Shown one piece after another: positions 20,001 to 31,882 of a DNA stretch of 64,000 nt (positions are counted from its first letter, which is position 1; every line of letters starts with the position of its first letter). The DNA comes from a virus (Duplodnaviria > Caudoviricetes), in IMG/VR virus record IMGVR_UViG_3300014204_000134, positions 36,453 to 100,452 of that record; one strand, 5' to 3'. The notes under the pieces are model-generated. The model worked only from the letters and a program-made list of their open reading frames with translations, made no database searches and was not told where the DNA came from. Position numbers and translations under genes: made by a program.

Positions 20001-23000
20001 AGAACCATAAGCATTCTCAAATTGTTTTTCAAATTCTTCATCAATTTTTGAAGTCTCAATTTTATCTTTTATACTATCTAAACCATCAGAAAATAAACTA
20101 ATTATATTGACAGCAGGTAATGCCATATCATTAAATACTTTTTTTATTGCATTTGCTACTTCAATCTGATGTGCTAAGTCTGCTTCTGTTTCAGTATTTT
20201 CTCCTGTTGTGTCCGCTGTAGGAGAACCACTTCCATATTCAGACTTCTTAGCTTCTAATTTTTTTTCTTGTTCTTCTAGTAATTTTAAGAAATTTACTGT
20301 TGAATTATATAACTTTACTAACGGATCTGATTTAATACTCTCATCTAAATTATCCCATCCACTTGTAATTTTACTAATTATATCATCGCCATATTTTTCT
20401 TTTAAATCTGTTTCAATACTGCTTTTTAAATTTGTATATTGAATTACTTTAGCATTAAGATCTGCTAATTTAGCATAAAGATCTGTAAGAGAAGTTATTT
20501 TTGTGGGATCATAATTAGCATCTATATATTCTTGTTGACTTTGAGCATTTTTTTCTATTAATTTAACAAATTCACTAATTATTGCTGCTCTATCTTCTTT
20601 CGTTGCTTTTGAAATCTGTTCTAATATTTTATCAAGATCACTACCACTTAAAATTTTATTTTCATAGCTTTTTAAAAATTCAATAAAATCAGCTAAAGTA
20701 ATTTCTGTGCCTGTTGGTTTTGTTAGGTCTGTTGGATTATCTGTTGGTTTTGTGTTTATTGGGTCTGTTGTATCTGGTGGTTCTGTTGGTGTCGTTGGCT
20801 CTGTAGGTGTTGTAGGTGTTGTTGGTGTTTCTGATATAATACTTCCTAAAAGTTTAGCTATTGCTTCTCCTGCACTTACAATACTAGTATTTAAAGTCTT
20901 ACCAACAGAAGCTCCTGCAATAACAAAACCACTACTAACAGAATTACCAGCATCAATAATTGCATTTTTCATGTCGGTAGCAGCATCTTCTCCACTATTA
21001 CTAATAGTAGTACCTAAAAGATCCGCTAATTCACTACCACCCGCTGCAATTGCTTCTTCAATAGTTGCGCTTATATTTTCTATAGTAAGACCTAATGAAT
21101 CTAATATAGTTTGAGTTGAATCAACAATTGCTTGTGCAGCCATCATTTCATTTTGTATTCTACTCTCTTCAAGAATATCTTTTTCTGTTTGTTTTAATTC
21201 GTCTAATAATTCACTTACTCTATTTGCCTGTTCATCTAATAATTGTTTTAAATTATCACCAACAACATTGGCAGCTTCACCATATTTACCTTGATCTAAT
21301 AAATTTTGTATATTTTTGCTAGTATCTTCTTGTAATTTCTCAACAGCGTCAAAATAGGCTTGATATTTAGCCTTAAACATTGCTTCAAATGCTTTATCTT
21401 CTTTTCTTTGATTTATAGATTCATATAATGAATCAAGTTCATTTTTTAAGCTTTCTACTTTACTCTTTGCTTCATTGAATTGATCTTGAATTAATTGTGC
21501 ATATTTTTTTATTTCATTTAATCTAGTAATATTTTTTAATAAATCTGCTAAATTACCATTAATTCCTCCTAATGCTGCATCAATTGCAGCCATTGCATCT
21601 GCAAAATTACCAGCATCTAAAGCGTCAATTGCTTTTTGTAAATTTTCAAGTTGTATTAATGCTTCAGGGGTTAATATACGTTGTTGACTAATTTCAGTTA
21701 TAATACTAGTTAATTCAGTCTTTAAATTTGCTGCTGCTGCATCAATCTCGTCTATAGAACCTGTCCATAGTAATTCATTAAATTTATTTAAAGGTTCTGT
21801 TAGTCGTGATATATAAGGAGCAAGTTCGGGAATAGCAGTTATCTTTTGTCTTAATTCATCTATTTTAGTACCATAACCTTCAATATACTCTTGTGCCATT
21901 GCCCAATAATCTTCTTCGCCCCATTGTGCCCATGCTTTCCTTACTGCATCAACTGTTTCCCATTCTTTGTCAGTTAAAGTACCAGTTCTCCATTTGTCAA
22001 ATAATTGACCTATTTTTGACATATTTCCATTATCGTCTATAAATGTTGCTTTTTTATATAAATCAGTTAATGAAGTAGTCCATAATTCACTATATTGCAT
22101 TATATCTTCTGTTAGTTCGTTACTTGTAAAATATGAAGTTATATTATCTTTGATTGCTTTAATTTGATCTTCTAAATCTTTTCTATATTTATCAAAACTT
22201 TCTTTTACATTACCCATTTTAAAATCAAACTTTAATCTTTCAAGTTCTTTGGCAACATCTAGTAATTCAGAAAATTTGTCTTTTGTTTTTTGTATTAAAG
22301 CGTCTATTTTGTCAACAGCAGTAGCATCTTCATCTTCAAAAGCACTAAGAAAATCTTTATATTTTTCATTAAACATAGAATCAAATATACTATCAAATTT
22401 TAAAGTTTTTAATTTTTCTTTAGTCTCTTCAATTCTATTATTAAATTCTGAAACAGCATTTGCAGCTTTTTTAATTAATTCGTAATTTTTAAATGCTAAA
22501 AGAAGAGAATTACTATCTCTGATAACATCTTCAATTGTTAAACCATATTGTTTTAATACTGCAATAATTTCAGGATCTAATTTAAGTTTCTCAAAATCTA
22601 TTTTTTCCTGATCAGTTAATGTTCCAGATAAACTTTTACCAATCAAATCAAAGAATTTTGTTCCTTTGTCGCCCAAATATTCTTCAAGACCTTTTTTAAC
22701 TTTCATATATTCAGACATTCTTTCTTGTGCAGCACTTAATATTTGATTAGCAATATCTTCTGGTGTTCCAAATAAATTAAAATTAAACATCTTATTTAAT
22801 TCTAATTTATCTAATGCAGAAATTATCTCATCACCTATATCAGAAATATTTTGTCCTATTTCTAATTTTTTATATTGTTCATTCATTTCTTTTAATTTCT
22901 GAACAGATTGAGTTAATTCGTTATTATAATCTCCTAACATTGCGGTTATTTTTGCTACAATTTGCTGTTGTGAATAACCTTCTTTTGACATTGCAGATAT

Positions 23001-26000
23001 AGCAGAATTCATATCTGCTTGTACTTCGGAAGGTAAATCTGCTATTGCATTTCTAAGTTTTGTTAAATCATCTGCATATTTAATATCAAATTTAATTCTT
23101 TCAAGTTCTTCGATATCACTCATCATATCTTGAATTTTTGATTTTAAATCATCTATTTTACGTTGAAATGCTTCTAGTTCATTAGCTGGTTCACCTGCTA
23201 ATGCATTTTGAACCCAACCATATTTAGATTCCATCATATCGTTAAATTGATTATCTAATTGCATATTTTTTATTTGATCTGCGAAGGCTTTCATTTTTTG
23301 TTGATATGAATCAAGCATTGATTGAACTGATGACTCTTGCTCTAGCATTTTTTGATTAAATCCTATATTATTTAATAAATCTTTTGCTTGTGCAGCAGTT
23401 AAACCAAATTCAATAATCTTTTTACGTGCTTCCTCAATTTGCGCCTGTAATTCTTTATATTTCTCAGAACCAACTTCTAATGTACTTAATTTCTTTTCGT
23501 CTTCAATCATTTGCAATTTAAGATATTCTATTTCACGATATTTTTTATATTTTTCTATTAAAGCATTGTTCTCTTCTTGTAAAAGAGAAATATTTAATTC
23601 AGCTTTAGCACGTTCGTTTTCATAATCAGAATTAAATGAATTAGTACCAGTATAGGTACTTTTAATTATTCTATCTGTATCAATATCATATATACTTTTT
23701 TTATAATTATCATTCATTTCTGTAATTAAGTTTGCTATACTTTTAATCTTTTCTGTATATACATCTAAAAAATCAGTTTCTTTCCATAAATCTTTAAATA
23801 TTTTAGTTTCTTCATTTAAATTTTGCTGGTCTAATTTATTATCTTTTAATTTTTGAGCAATATTATCCATTGCTTCAGCAACATAAAATAAATCTTCTTT
23901 TTCCTGACTTGTAATATTACCAGCAGATTCTTTTGATTTTAATTCTTCATATATTTTTTTCTTTTGAAGATATGAATTCCATAATTCAGTTTCTTTTGCT
24001 TGTAATTCAGGTAATGCTTTTAGATTTTCAAAATATGCATTTTTTAAATTGTTAATCTGAGATACATCAAATTCCAAGTTTTTAACAAAATTATTCATAG
24101 GAGACATAAATGCATTTTCATTAATTAGTAATGGTTTAATATTCTTATTCATATCAATTTCTGCTAATGATTCTCTAAACTTTTTACCAATATTATCTAA
24201 TGAATCAGATAATTTTTGTATGTTTTCTCCCATATCAGCTAAAACTTGAAATCGTTGAGTTTTTAATAATTGTTCTTGTTGTAACTCACCTAGACTTGCT
24301 TGCTCTTGTTCGAGTTTTCTAATATAATCAAGAATATCTGAGTAAGAATCTAAATATCGTTCATTATTTTGAATATTAGTCTCAATTGCTTGATTTCTTG
24401 CTTCAATTGCTTCAATATGCCAATCTTCATTCCCTAAAGGTTTATTTAAACCAAATTTTTGCAATTCTGAATTAGTTGTTCCTGTTGCCCAACCTGCTAC
24501 ATCTGCTGCATTACCATAATTATGTTGACTATTACCAGGGGGAGCAACCCACTTTCTTGCTTCTGCTTCACTACCATATTTTGCTAATGCTTCTTCCCAA
24601 AGTTGTGCTTGTTCTTCAACCGATCTAAAACCAGAATTAATTTCAAGTATTTCATTTTTATATTTTGCTAATGATGCAAGTCTTTTTGCTAATACAGAAT
24701 CTAATTGTTGCCAATCACCAGACAACCATTCAGAAGGATTAGCATTACCTTCCATGTAACTAGACGATAATCCAGCAGAAGAAGAACCTTTAGGTGGATT
24801 ATTTTGTATATTATGTAGTTTAGCTGTCCAATCAATTATCTGCTTTGTATATTCACTATTCATGTCAAAGTATTTATTTAAGGCATCTGTTTCTATTTTT
24901 AGACGTTCTCTAAGAATATCCATACCTTCGATAATGCCGAAATCAACTTTTTTGTTGAATAGTGCAAGAGATTCTACATATTCTTGATTGAATTTTTCTA
25001 ATGGTGTTTGTACTTTTTCTAGTGATTCTTGGAGAGAAGAGTAGGATTTGGAAGCTGAATCGGATTCGTTTAGATTAAGACCAAAATTACCTGAACCTAC
25101 CATATTAGCAAGTTCATTTGCCTTATTCATAAGAGAACCGTAATTACCTAGTTGTTTTTGTACTTTTGCTAATCCTCTCTGATATTCAGCAGAATTATAA
25201 GTTTCAGGAGATACTTCGGTATCGGACATATATTTATAATGAGCAAAAGTTTCATATGCATCTTGCAAGTTTTGAATACCTTCTATTTCAAGACCGAAGT
25301 TTAATAAACGTGCTTTTGTTTCAGCACTTACAATATTGCTTTTTGCTATTTGAGATTGAATAGCTGTTTGTGCTTCTGTTACCCTTGCCTGTTTTAATAT
25401 TTCAAGTGCTTCAACACTAATTGACATTTCTCCATTTTCAATATTTATTGCTTGCAAAAGAGTAGGATATTGAGCTACTAATTTTACTATTTGTTCTGTA
25501 TTTATTTTTTTACCTTCTGCTAAATCACGTAATAGCTGATTATATTCTATTATTTCAGAAGAAGATTCTTTGAATGTATCAATTAATCCTTTACTTGCTG
25601 TAGCAAAATCAGTAGTTTGAGTAGATAATTTTTTGACAGGCATTTTTAGAAAATTATCTCTAATTGCTTTCATTATTTTTTCATCAGTTATCCCTGCATT
25701 TTTTAATGATTCATTAAATTGATCTACTGCTACAGCCTGTTGTTGCCATAAATTTTGATATGCTAAGTCACCAGATTGATATTTTTTAATTTGTTCCTGA
25801 AAAGTCTTTCCAATATCTACTGATCCACTTTCAACAAAACTATCAAAAATACCTTTTAACTTTTCGGTAGTTATACCTTCCATATTACCAATCTCTTTAG
25901 TTACATTTTTTATTAATAAAAGTAATCCAGAATTATCTAAGTTTTTAAATTTTTGATCTCCTTGATAAGTCGCCAATAAACCAGATTCAATTTCTTGGAA

Positions 26001-28116
26001 AGAAGTAGCAGACTCCGCTTTTAATTTTTCTATTAATTTTATATTTGTCTCAATTTGCATATTTGTATCTGTTTTTTCTCTACTGGTAAGATTAGGATTA
26101 TTTAATTTATTTTGTAATTCACGTATTGATTTTTCATATTCAGCTACTTTTTCCTGATTATCTATTAATGTTTTAAGATCTTTATCACCTTGACTATTAA
26201 AATTAGTTTGCATTTTTTGTTTATTTAATTGTAATTCTTGTTCTTTTTGTTCATTATATTGTTTTAGCAACTCCGTATTGAAACTTGTAGCCTTCCCCTC
26301 TAAATCTAACCCACTAACTGCTCCAGGATAAAGAGTTGCTAATCGATCCATTGTACTTGCTAATTTATCTTTTTGTTCTGTAGTAAGGGCAGTAGCAGAA
26401 GATAATTGTTCATAAGTTGATATTAATTTAGATGATTCATTTACTTCTGAAGAAAGATTTGCAACATCATTTTTTAATTGATTAAAATACTCTTGTTGCT
26501 TTTGTTTAGCATTAATAAAACCATCAATTAATTTCATTACCCAACCAAAAGCTAAAGAAAATGCCACAGAAAGACCAAGAGTGAGGGCGCTCTGAAGGGC
26601 GATCGTGGCGATCTTTGCACCAATTGCACCTATTTCAAGTGCTTTTAAAGCAGCAACTAAACTAAAAACTCCACCTTTTGCTAATGAGGCTGCATTACCC
26701 AAAGCAATAATTGGATGTGCTACAATTTTACCTATTGCTAATCTTATATTATTTGCCCCATCAAAAACTTTAGCCATTGTTGGTGCAATTCTATTCATTG
26801 CTGCATCAATTTTGCTTGCAGTATTAGCAAAATTGATGTCAAAAGCAGGAATAAGAGGAGATGACTTACCCGATTGATATGCTTGTTTTATTTTATTTTG
26901 TGATGCAATTATTTTATCTAATACTGGTATAACTGCATTTAATCCTCCAATTGAAAAAGTTGAAGCTAAACCTAATTTATTTAATTGCTGTAATGTATAA
27001 AACCTACCAATTATACCGTCAAGTTTTGTACTAAATAAAGCTACCGCAACAGTCGCAGTAGTTATTAGCGCAGGAATACCACCAACAATAGAAGCAAATT
27101 TAGTAAATCCAGTTGTTGCTGAAGTTGCAACATCTACAATACCTTTTAAAGTACCCGTACTTGATAATGTACTATACAATCCTTCAAGAGAGGATTTAAA
27201 CATATTAAGATGCGCACGTAATGATTCCATATATATATCCTGTTTACTTTGGGCCACACCAAGACTATTAGTTGCCTGTTCAGTATTTGATAAAATATTG
27301 GAATAATTTTCCATTGTAGCAATAAAAATATTTTTTTGTCTGACTCCGGCACTATCTAATGCAATTTGATTTTTTTGTACAGAATTTAGGGAATTCCATT
27401 TATTACCAAGAGAATCAAGTATTTCTCCTAGTGGTTTTATTTGTGTTGCTGAAGATTTTATACTAATACCTATATCATAAAAACTTTTCTCGATTTTTTT
27501 AAATTGTTCCGGGTCGGACTCGTCGCCAACATTAGTAATTCTAGAAAAAATAGTCTTATATGCGTTCCCAATAACATCTCCGCTCATTCTTGTAACCTCG
27601 GCAGTTGTCCCAATCATTGCCGACAATTTTTCTAATGAAACACCACTTTGATTTGCCACAGAACCAACTCGTTGAATACCACTTGCTACCTCTTTTATTG
27701 CCACAGGATAATCAATTTGAAGCATCCTCGCTGTGCCAGCTAATATATCAACTAAATGTTCCGACTCCGCAGCAGTATATTTAAACTGCTGTTGCATTGC
27801 TAAAATAGCATTAGAAGATTCTTCCATTGACTGTCCACTAAGATTACTAAGTAAAATAGCCGCTTTTGAACGAGTTATAGTGTCTTCAAGTGTACTATTG
27901 TAATTACCAAAAATGGAAATAGCTGACAATACATTTTGAGTGGTACTACCCATTGCTAAAGCAAACTGATTAGCTGTTGTAGTTAATTCTGAGAAATTTA
28001 ATTTCGTTCCAGTCATTTCCATTTGCAAAGTAGTTAATTTATAGTTAGTAGATTCAATAAATGAAAATGCATCATTTATTTGATGAATTAAGCCCATAAT
28101 TGCTGTGGATGCAACA
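17073..28116 (-). CDS. tail tape measure protein, exon 2 (contains M15 peptidase domain)
   Basis: TP901-type TMP core (SGDVIGNAYKTIFSR), long helical repeats, SGFRS...PPGNSQH..G.A.D...EDWH metallopeptidase motif. Confidence 0.92.
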
Positions 28117-28391
28117 CTTTAATACCCTCGGTTTCCCGATATTTAATAAGGGAATAGACCATACCATCATCCCTTTAGGGATGTCCCTTGGTGGTCGTTG
28201 AGAGCTTACCATATGATCTTCAAAATAAAAAAGACCACTTAGGTCTATCTCTGCTGATTGCCCAATTCTTTAGATTTTCAGATATTTAATAAGTTTCCTC
28301 CATTAAATTACTACTAAAGACTCTAAGGGGTTTCCAGCATATTCAGGATTTGCTTATATTATTACTAATATAAGGGACTATTAGTTAATTA
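28117..28391 (-). ncRNA. group I intron (275 nt, no ORF) in tape measure gene
   Basis: P TGCTGGAAA, Q AATCAGCAG, R TCAACGACCA, S GTATGGTC; P1 GGAU/GUCC with U.G at the 5' splice site; terminal G; splicing restores frame (PVW-I-VASTAIM). Confidence 0.9.
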
Positions 28392-29191
28392 ATCCAAACA
28401 GGGAACCTTTCAAAAGCCACTTTTAATGTTTCTCCAAGAGTCATAGAAGATTTATTTACTAAATCTAAACCCCTAGATGCTGATTCTGCCTTCATTAATC
28501 CAAATTCTTTATCTAATAATTGCATTTGATAAGTTAAGTTTTGTGTTTGTGGTGTTAATGCCTTAACTTTATTCATCCAATTATTTAATTGTGTTTCATC
28601 ATATAATCCGGTATATCTATCTTTCATTTTTACTACATCAATATTTGCTTGCATTTGATATAATTTCAATGATTGAGTTACTTGTTTTACTTTTTGATCA
28701 TTCACTGTTAATACTTCTGTAAAAACTGCTTCTTTGCCAGACACGTTTTCTATAACTTTTGCGGTTTCACCTAAAGCAATATTATAATCTGAAACAGTTT
28801 TTGCCAATTTACCATTTACTAATGTTTCAGATTGTTTAAGTAATTCACCATTTATAACTGGGACATATCCACCAGAACTAGAAGAAGTATCCGTATTAGA
28901 CACAACATTCGCTTTAACATTTATATTTGCTTTTCCTAATTTATTTTGTAATCCTTGAATTTGAGCATTTATAGCACCTTCATTAATATAAGTTTTAATT
29001 TCTACATTTAATGGTTTTTGTGCTATATATTGACGCATTTCAGACAAACTAATATCTAATGATTTTTTTGTCCAACTAAAACCAATATTAGTATTTATTT
29101 TATCTTTCATGTATGTTTTAACTGTTCGTATAACATCATCCATATTTTTATTAGTTGGAACGTCTATTATAATTCTTATTCCTTCACCCAA
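28392..29191 (-). CDS. tail tape measure protein, exon 1
   Basis: Ends KVAFERFPVW, a motif preceding the TMP core in SPbeta-like phages; joins exon 2 in frame after intron removal. Confidence 0.85.
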
Positions 29192-29215
29192 TAATTAACT
29201 CACCTCACTTCATAA

Positions 29216-29692
29216 CTAATATCTCCATTTACTTGATAATTTTTTAACTTCCACTATAGCAATTTCTTTTAAATATATTTCTAAGTCTTTTTTAATTCTT
29301 TTCATAGCTTGTTCTACATAATGATATCCGTCATATTGATGTAGTCTTTTAGGTGACATCTTTGTTTTATGATGATGTCCCATATTTGTGAGTAAAGAAA
29401 CATCAGCATAAATCCCTTTAGTAGTACCAAATTTAGATTCATGTTCCATTAAGTCCTCATTAAAGAATATGTCAAAAGTAATTTGATTCCCTTTTATTTG
29501 AACCGGAGTAGAATCGATACTCCGTAATAATTGCCCTGTTCTTTCATACATTTCATTTGGTTCAGAATAAACAGTTGTTAATATTTCTTGTCGCAAATCT
29601 TCAATTGCTAATTCTTTTAATTTCTCTAATTTAAGTATTAATTGAATAGATAACATTTTTATAAATTTATTATTATCTATTGCTAAAACCAT
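29216..29692 (-). CDS. putative tail completion protein (HK97 gp10-like)
   Basis: VY....YERTGQLLRSI motif; position before TMP. Confidence 0.6.
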   Translation of the reverse strand: MVLAIDNNKFIKMLSIQLILKLEKLKELAIEDLRQEILTTVYSEPNEMYERTGQLLRSIDSTPVQIKGNQITFDIFFNEDLMEHESKFGTTKGIYADVSLLTNMGHHHKTKMSPKRLHQYDGYHYVEQAMKRIKKDLEIYLKEIAIVEVKKLSSKWRY

Positions 29693-29729
29693 ATTTTCAC
29701 CACCAATAAAAAAACACCCTTAAAGGTGT

Positions 29730-30230
29730 TTATATTTCATGAGGATAATTTAACGTTTCTCTATATTGTTCAAATTCTTTTTCTTTATCTATATTTATTT
29801 TTTGCTTTACTTTTTCAACGAATTCTTGCGCTACTTTATCATAACCCCAATTATTATATATGATAAATTTTAAAATATTATCGTAATTATCCTTATCAAT
29901 ATAATTAATAATTAAGTATTTTGTAATATTCTTAATTTCTTTTTTGCCTATACCAGAAGCAGAACCAACAACTGCTCCAATTGGCCCTGCGATCAGTAAC
30001 CCCAAGATACCCCTACCGATAATACTTTTATCTTCTTGTTTAATTTTTATATCTTCTTTAATATAAATATCTTTAATACGATCTAATGGTAGAATAAGAT
30101 TTTTATTTATAGTAAGTCTATCATTAAATAAATCTATGTTAATTTTTTCTCTTTCTTTAAAACATTTTAAACCATCAGTGAACATAAGTTCTATTGATTG
30201 AATTGATTGAATTGGTTTATCTTTATTCAT
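29730..30230 (-). CDS. hypothetical membrane-associated accessory protein
   Basis: SIIGRGILGLLIAGPIGAVVG glycine-zipper segment; RBS sequestered in a hairpin. Confidence 0.6.
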   Translation of the reverse strand: MNKDKPIQSIQSIELMFTDGLKCFKEREKINIDLFNDRLTINKNLILPLDRIKDIYIKEDIKIKQEDKSIIGRGILGLLIAGPIGAVVGSASGIGKKEIKNITKYLIINYIDKDNYDNILKFIIYNNWGYDKVAQEFVEKVKQKINIDKEKEFEQYRETLNYPHEI

Positions 30231-30284
30231 ACTAATCCCTCCTAATATTATTATATTCTATAATGGAAGGATTAGTAAAGAATT

Positions 30285-31859
30285 TTAATCCAAAAAGTAA
30301 TAAATATAATTCAATTCATTTTTCTTTAATGATCTAAATAATTCAGAACATTTTCTACTACAAAAATGATGCTCTGCCCGTTTATATTCACTAATTATTC
30401 TATTAGATATTTTTCCGCAAAAATCACATTTAAAATCAATATATTTATTTGCTCTATTTTTATTTAATTTTTCTCTAAGTCCCATATCAAATAAATTTCT
30501 TAAAATATCATAATTATAATTCATATATGGAACAATTAATTTATTGTTTAAATATATTTTTTCTTCAGCATCTAAAAAATAATTAAAACTATGATAATTG
30601 AATAATCTTCCACTATTTTTGATATATTCTATAATAAGTTGTTTACATATACTATAATTGTTAATAATATCATATTCCCATAGATATAATATCTCTTTGA
30701 AAAATTTATTTTTTATAAATGTATGTTTTGATTTATCGTTTATTATTACTTTTAGCTGATTTTCATTCTTAATATTACTATAAAACCTACTATCAGTATG
30801 CCAATAAGTTCCCATAACTTCAATATATAAGTTAAAATCTACTAAATAATTATCTACAGTAAAATAATCACAAATATATTCATTTTCAAATTTAATGTTT
30901 AAATCATTTAAAATTTGATTAGTTATAATCTGAGGCTTACTATTAGTATAACTAATTTTACCATTTGTTAAATTATTTAACATTACATTTCTCATTTTAT
31001 TTTTAAAATCTTCTGTTTGTATAAATACTTTTGTTTGATATTCTATTGCACAGTTTTTACAACAAAAATGATGATCAAAAGTATCTAATTTATATCTTTT
31101 GTCTTTAAATTCGTTCCCACACCAATCACAAACAAAAGTAAGTTTTCCACCTTTATAATTAGGGTTATTATTACCTGCATTGTTTTCGCTACGCCATTTT
31201 CCATGACACTTATTAGAACAAAAATTAGAATTATCCTTATTGTAATTCTTTACCTCATATTCATTACCACAATATTTACAAATGTTTTTAACTCTATTAT
31301 ATAATGAACTATTTTCTCCACTTTTATTTGCACTAATCCATTTACCTTGACAGTCCCTACTACAAAAATTATTATCTTTTATTTGAGAAGGTCTTCGTCT
31401 TATTTCTTTTCCACAAAATTTGCATTCAACTATAATTTGCTTATTTCTTGCTTTACCAGAACATTCATTGCTACAATATTTTCCATAACCCCTATTTGAA
31501 TCATATAATTTTATATAAAAATGTTTACCACACTGTTGGCACAATTTTTTTACTTGTTTAGAATTATCTTTATTTTTAATATTAAATTCTTCATCTTTTT
31601 TTATATACTTACAATTATCACAACAATCCTTATTAGTTAAAGATTTACTATTTTTTTTAACATAATTTTTGTATATTTTATTTATAATTTCATCGCAATA
31701 ATCACATTTTACCTTTACTATTACCCTACTTCCTAACATCAAATCTAAAACATCTACTTCAAACTCATCGTCTTTTTTAGTAAATTTATATCCTTTAAAT
31801 TCATAATGTTTTCTATTATTACCAGACCATTTAATTTTAACTATTTGTTCTAATAACAT
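30285..31859 (-). CDS. free-standing endonuclease with multiple CxxC..FCS.xC zinc-finger repeats
   Basis: Repeated C..CG.....FCS..C modules; C-terminal VDNY...IEVMGTYWH...K....LWE nuclease-like motif. Confidence 0.7.
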   Translation of the reverse strand: MLLEQIVKIKWSGNNRKHYEFKGYKFTKKDDEFEVDVLDLMLGSRVIVKVKCDYCDEIINKIYKNYVKKNSKSLTNKDCCDNCKYIKKDEEFNIKNKDNSKQVKKLCQQCGKHFYIKLYDSNRGYGKYCSNECSGKARNKQIIVECKFCGKEIRRRPSQIKDNNFCSRDCQGKWISANKSGENSSLYNRVKNICKYCGNEYEVKNYNKDNSNFCSNKCHGKWRSENNAGNNNPNYKGGKLTFVCDWCGNEFKDKRYKLDTFDHHFCCKNCAIEYQTKVFIQTEDFKNKMRNVMLNNLTNGKISYTNSKPQIITNQILNDLNIKFENEYICDYFTVDNYLVDFNLYIEVMGTYWHTDSRFYSNIKNENQLKVIINDKSKHTFIKNKFFKEILYLWEYDIINNYSICKQLIIEYIKNSGRLFNYHSFNYFLDAEEKIYLNNKLIVPYMNYNYDILRNLFDMGLREKLNKNRANKYIDFKCDFCGKISNRIISEYKRAEHHFCSRKCSELFRSLKKNELNYIYYFLD

Positions 31860-31882
31860 TTTTAGATCACATCCAAACAATA

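Noticed and set aside
17191-27352. Short ORFs antisense or internal to the tape measure gene
   Set aside because: Shadow frames of a long coding gene with no RBS or recognisable motifs. The same applies to the nested ORFs at 13364, 14522, 32207, 32452, 33344, 33895, 35946, 36756, 44563, 44816, 48955, 50996, 52077, 53311, 55564, 57430, 58303, 61003, 61157, 62035 and 63080-63846.
28098-28391. Frameshift or pseudogene explanation for the split TMP
   Set aside because: The gap has full group I intron signatures and precise frame-restoring splice sites.
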